Shown in pieces: positions 61,341 through 63,790 of a stretch of DNA of 63,790 nucleotides (within the stretch, counting starts at the first letter, position 1; every line of letters begins with the position of its first letter). This DNA comes from Candidatus Omnitrophota bacterium. Its GTDB lineage: Bacteria; Omnitrophota; Gorgyraeia; Gorgyraeales; Gorgyraeaceae. A program made the translations under genes and the position numbers. The notes under the pieces are model-generated. The model had not been told where the DNA came from. It did not search any database and was given only the letters and a program-made list of their open reading frames with translations. The stretch covers positions 1-63,790 of the forward strand of contig JAHIYJ010000034.1 of the NCBI GenBank assembly GCA_018814825.1, given 5' to 3'.

Positions 61341-62663
61341 TCATTTCATCTTCATGAGCTCTCGTTTTTTCATAGCCTGTACTTCCTCTGCCAGGCTCTC
61401 AGGCGTCTTTTCCTTTATTATTATGGACTGTATGCCTTTATTAAAAGTTTCTATCACGATGGGAAATTCAGCTACGCCCCAAACGTTCGGGTGAGTCGTA
61501 TTGTCCATATCATTTGCGAACTGCGCGAGTATGGCCGGTATATCCTTCAGGCTGTTCTTGTTGGAAGGCAGGTTGTTTGTCTTCCGAGCCAGAAACGCCT
61601 GCTGATCATCATCCGTAAGCCATTTTAAAAACGCGACCGCCTTTTCCACGTTTGCCGAGCTTTTATTAACCATAAAACTCGAACCAGCCCCTCCCCAGAT
61701 AACCATAGGGTGGTTGTCCGAAACCCTGGGAGGAAGCATTGCCCCGTAATCCAGGTCAGGGTCCATCCCATGGTAGACATTGACGCACCACGAGCCATTA
61801 AAGGCAAAAGCGGCCCGATTATTGGCAAAAAGCTGTTCCGCGGTTTTATTCACCATAGTCACGACTCCGCTCGCCAACACACCTTCATCCCTCATTTGCC
61901 GGAAGAGGTCAAATACTCTGATCCAATCAGGGTCTGTATAAGGCACATTGCCACGTATAGTATCAAGTACCTTGTCCTCGCCCATAATATTGAAGGCGTA
62001 GTTTGAGGCAAAGCAGTCTATCATCCAGATTTCACCCCAGCCGCTTACAAGGCCCTGGATACCCTTTTCCTTAAGGAGTCTGTTGGCCGCCAGGAATTCA
62101 TCCCATGTCCTGGGAGGGTTATCCGGATCCAACCCGGCGCTCCTCAGTAAATCCTTATTGTACAACATCTGGATATTGGTCACGTCCATGGGGACACCGT
62201 ATATGCCTGGCTCGACATTGAAATTATTGCCTTCTTTAAATTCATTAACGGCCAGGGCTTTCGCGAACAGCTTGTTCTCCCAGGCATAATTATCCCTGAT
62301 CATATCATCCGTGAGGTTATATATGTGGCCGGCCTTGATAAAACTGGCAAAATCTCTTTTTTCACCAAGGATTCCGAATATATCAGGGAGCGTGTTAGTC
62401 TGGGCAGCCGCCCTTATCTTTTGTGTATAGGCGTCGGAAGGGGCGTAAAGCTCAAAAGTTACTTTTACGCCTGTTTGGGTCTCATATTTCCTGGCGAGTT
62501 CCTGGAGCGCTTCGTCCCTGTCGCTCATCCAGTGCCAGATTTTAATGCCTTCCGCCTGAGAAGGCTTATTTTGAGGGGAACAGCTGATAAAACAAACGCT
62601 TAAAAAAACAATAAATGAACTAACTATAAAAAAAAGACAAATTTTCTTTTGAAGACAATTCAT
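61341..62663 (-). CDS. Extracellular sugar-binding lipoprotein of the ABC transporter (solute-binding family 1)
   Basis: 440-aa ORF with lipobox FISCS. The N-terminus IKIWHWMSDRDEALQELARKYETQTGVKVTFE is typical of the family. No ATPase gene lies in the window. Confidence 0.88.
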   Translation of the reverse strand: MNCLQKKICLFFIVSSFIVFLSVCFISCSPQNKPSQAEGIKIWHWMSDRDEALQELARKYETQTGVKVTFELYAPSDAYTQKIRAAAQTNTLPDIFGILGEKRDFASFIKAGHIYNLTDDMIRDNYAWENKLFAKALAVNEFKEGNNFNVEPGIYGVPMDVTNIQMLYNKDLLRSAGLDPDNPPRTWDEFLAANRLLKEKGIQGLVSGWGEIWMIDCFASNYAFNIMGEDKVLDTIRGNVPYTDPDWIRVFDLFRQMRDEGVLASGVVTMVNKTAEQLFANNRAAFAFNGSWCVNVYHGMDPDLDYGAMLPPRVSDNHPMVIWGGAGSSFMVNKSSANVEKAVAFLKWLTDDDQQAFLARKTNNLPSNKNSLKDIPAILAQFANDMDNTTHPNVWGVAEFPIVIETFNKGIQSIIIKEKTPESLAEEVQAMKKRELMKMK

Positions 62664-62696
62664 CCCTCATCCATCCTTCCAGTTTTTTAATCCAAA

Positions 62697-63029
62697 TTAA
62701 TTAGCGACAAAAAGCCTGGATATGTCCTCGTCAAAATCCACTGCCACGCCTTCGTCGTTAACCCTCACTACCTTGGCCTTCCCAATAAGCCTGGAAAACG
62801 GAAAATCCCGGGCATCATCCCTGGGCACTGACATAGATATATTAACCTTATCTTCGGGCTTTATATTCTTAAGATTGATATCCGTTAAATATGCCCCGTT
62901 GAAGCTGACATTTATTGTGATGCCCTTCAGCGCCTTTTCTCCGTCGCCTAACGCATATCTGATATTCACGGGAAGGGACAAATCCAGTCTTTTAGACCTC
63001 CTCTTCTCCGCAAAATTGCTTGTTTTCAT
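62697..63029 (-). CDS. Single-domain PilZ protein (putative c-di-GMP receptor)
   Basis: The track ORF starts at a TTG that is actually the -35 hexamer. The ATG at 63027-63029 has SD AGGGGGTGA upstream. PilZ motifs are RRSKR and NVSFNG (RxxxR and D/NxSxxG). Confidence 0.8.
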   Translation of the reverse strand: MKTSNFAEKRRSKRLDLSLPVNIRYALGDGEKALKGITINVSFNGAYLTDINLKNIKPEDKVNISMSVPRDDARDFPFSRLIGKAKVVRVNDEGVAVDFDEDISRLFVAN

Positions 63030-63054
63030 TTTCACCCCCTTTTTATAGTTATAT

Positions 63055-63083
63055 ATTATACTAATAATAGCATATCTTGTCAA
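63055..63083 (-). promoter_or_regulatory. Consensus sigma70 promoter for the PilZ/ABC-transporter operon
   Basis: Minus-strand reading: TTGACA (63078-63083), 17-nt spacer AGATATGCTATTATTAG, TATAAT (63055-63060). Both hexamers match the consensus perfectly. Confidence 0.75.
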
Positions 63084-63280
63084 ATTTTAAAAGGTTTTTT
63101 TTAACTTTTTTTTAATCTGTCTTTACAAAAATATCTACAAATTAGGCCTAGATCACTACAAATCAACCAAAGACTCTTCTAATCTCTTAAGTAACTGTGC
63201 ATCTAAACCTGTGTATAAATTTTTAATGTCTCTGGAAAAATCTGCGATAATCTCATAAAAGGGTAAATTAGGAAGTACGG

Positions 63281-63302
63281 AAAAAAGCCAGGAAAATGGC
63301 CT
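63281..63302 (-). terminator. Weak intrinsic-terminator-like hairpin after the small membrane protein gene
   Basis: In mRNA sense: AGGCCA TTTTCC TGGCTT followed by TTTT. The stem is 6 bp including one G.U pair, so this is marginal. Confidence 0.3.
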
Positions 63303-63359
63303 AAATGTCAAAATGAAGGCATTAGAACCATTTAAAGAGACGGGAGGTCAGTTATGTTT

Positions 63360-63605
63360 TTATCCCTTATCTACTTTAGCCTTTATTTCAAGCAAAACTG
63401 AGATAACACAAGAGGCTATATAGAATATAAAAAAATACACAATACCTAAGAGTAAGCCTATAAAACCTGTTACCCTTGGTGCTTCTGGAGCGCCCCCACC
63501 TATGAATATGATAATAGATGCGATCAGGCCAATAGCAACTGATGCCCAAGCCAAAACTTTGAATATAACAGAACCTACCTGCAGAAATTTATGCGTGTTT
63601 TCCAT
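63360..63605 (-). CDS. Small two-TM membrane protein (unknown function)
   Basis: 81-aa ORF with SD AAAGGAGGT. Hydrophobic helices are VIFKVLAWASVAIGLIASIIIFI and FIGLLLGIVYFFIFYIASCVISVLL. Confidence 0.6.
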   Translation of the reverse strand: MENTHKFLQVGSVIFKVLAWASVAIGLIASIIIFIGGGAPEAPRVTGFIGLLLGIVYFFIFYIASCVISVLLEIKAKVDKG

Positions 63606-63672
63606 TATTAAGACCTCCTTTCTAACATATTTATTTTAAAAATGTTAGATGTTCTATGATACGGTTATGATA

Positions 63673-63750
63673 TGGTAGCCCCAACCGGATTTGAACCGGT
63701 GTCTGATGGCTGAGAACCACCTGTCCTAGACCAGGCTAGACGATGGGGCC
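63673..63750 (-). tRNA. tRNA-Glu (anticodon CUC) with encoded CCA
   Basis: The reverse complement is GGCCCCATCGTCTAGCCTGGTCTAGGACAGGTGGTTCTCAGCCATCAGACACCGGTTCAAATCCGGTTGGGGCTACCA. It folds as a cloverleaf: acceptor GGCCCCA/TGGGGCT, D stem GTCT/GGAC, anticodon stem GGTGG/CCATC with loop TT-CTC-AG, and T arm ACCGG-TTCAAAT-CCGGT. Confidence 0.9.
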
Positions 63751-63790
63751 TTTTAATAAGAACCCGACATCACGTAGATTAAAAGCTTCG

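Noticed and set aside
17433-61828. Short minus-strand ORFs nested in other frames (17433-17693, 53912-54118, 59288-59500, 59595-59777, 59910-60215, 60409-60711, 61625-61828)
   Set aside because: They are completely contained in out-of-frame overlap with larger, motif-supported genes. They have no RBS or domain evidence.
225-63048. All plus-strand ORFs in the track (for example 525-1094, 31605-32312, 38495-39310, 40520-41284, 44157-44939) as possible genes
   Set aside because: Each lies antisense inside a long minus-strand gene with clear family motifs. Their translations are low-complexity S/L/F/I-rich strings with no recognisable motifs. They are typical shadow ORFs of AT-leaning coding sequence.
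63084-63359. The 276-nt gap upstream of the PilZ operon as a c-di-GMP riboswitch or sRNA gene
   Set aside because: I could not recognise GEMM-type conserved segments or any strong structure. Apart from the promoter and a weak terminator, the region is plain AT-rich sequence.
50797-63672. Recurrence of TGATACGGTTA(C) at 50808, 52023 and 63660 as a dispersed regulatory motif
   Set aside because: Exact 11-13-mer matches are expected many times by chance in a 64-kb window searched on both strands, and one copy is inside the ROK coding sequence. Only the local 11-bp-spaced tandem pair at 50797-50816 was kept as a weak lead.
63673-63790. tRNA-Glu as the integration site of a genomic island covering the downstream loci
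   Set aside because: No integrase, no direct repeat of the tRNA 3' end and no obvious compositional break are visible within the window.

Overview
The window comes from an AT-leaning diderm bacterium. Every credible gene (about 47 CDS plus one tRNA) is on the minus strand, and the plus-strand ORFs in the track look like antisense shadows.

In transcription order (high to low coordinates) the window contains:
- tRNA-Glu(CUC) and a small membrane protein.
- A glycan-utilisation-like locus: PilZ protein, CUT1-type sugar ABC importer, two paralogous clan GH-A-like TIM-barrel enzymes, a CBM-like lipoprotein, a 929-aa beta-barrel outer-membrane protein (OMP) and a ROK regulator.
- An RND efflux operon: a TonB_C-TolC fusion, an adaptor, and two RND pumps, one with a C-terminal winged-helix tail. 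It runs on into a coiled-coil protein, an orphan GspF/PilC platform gene and two pseudopilins.
- A housekeeping block: ychF-like, purH, folC, mnmE, folE.
- A roughly 24-kb Wzx/Wzy-type exopolysaccharide (EPS) locus: OMP, Wza-like, Wzc BY-kinase, HTH-HD-GYP, two Wzy/O-antigen-ligase-like proteins, a Wzx-GNAT fusion, a deacetylase, a 1421-aa GT4-GT4-heparinase II/III fusion, a GNAT, a sugar dehydrogenase, a GT4, a TGA-interrupted glycosidase and the initiating transferase.
- Envelope and signalling genes, two histidine kinases, and the 5' end of typA.

The most unusual signals are:
- The domain fusions in the RND and EPS loci.
- Two structured ~110-118-nt repeats bracketing the ROK gene.
- 7- and 8-nt tandem repeats that encode the signal peptides of two secreted glycan-locus proteins.
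- Heptamer-built hairpin elements in two intercistronic gaps.

No CRISPR array, transposase, integrase or recognisable defence genes were seen. Family calls rest on motif recognition from memory. Hand-counted coordinates of non-ORF features may be off by 1-2 nt.
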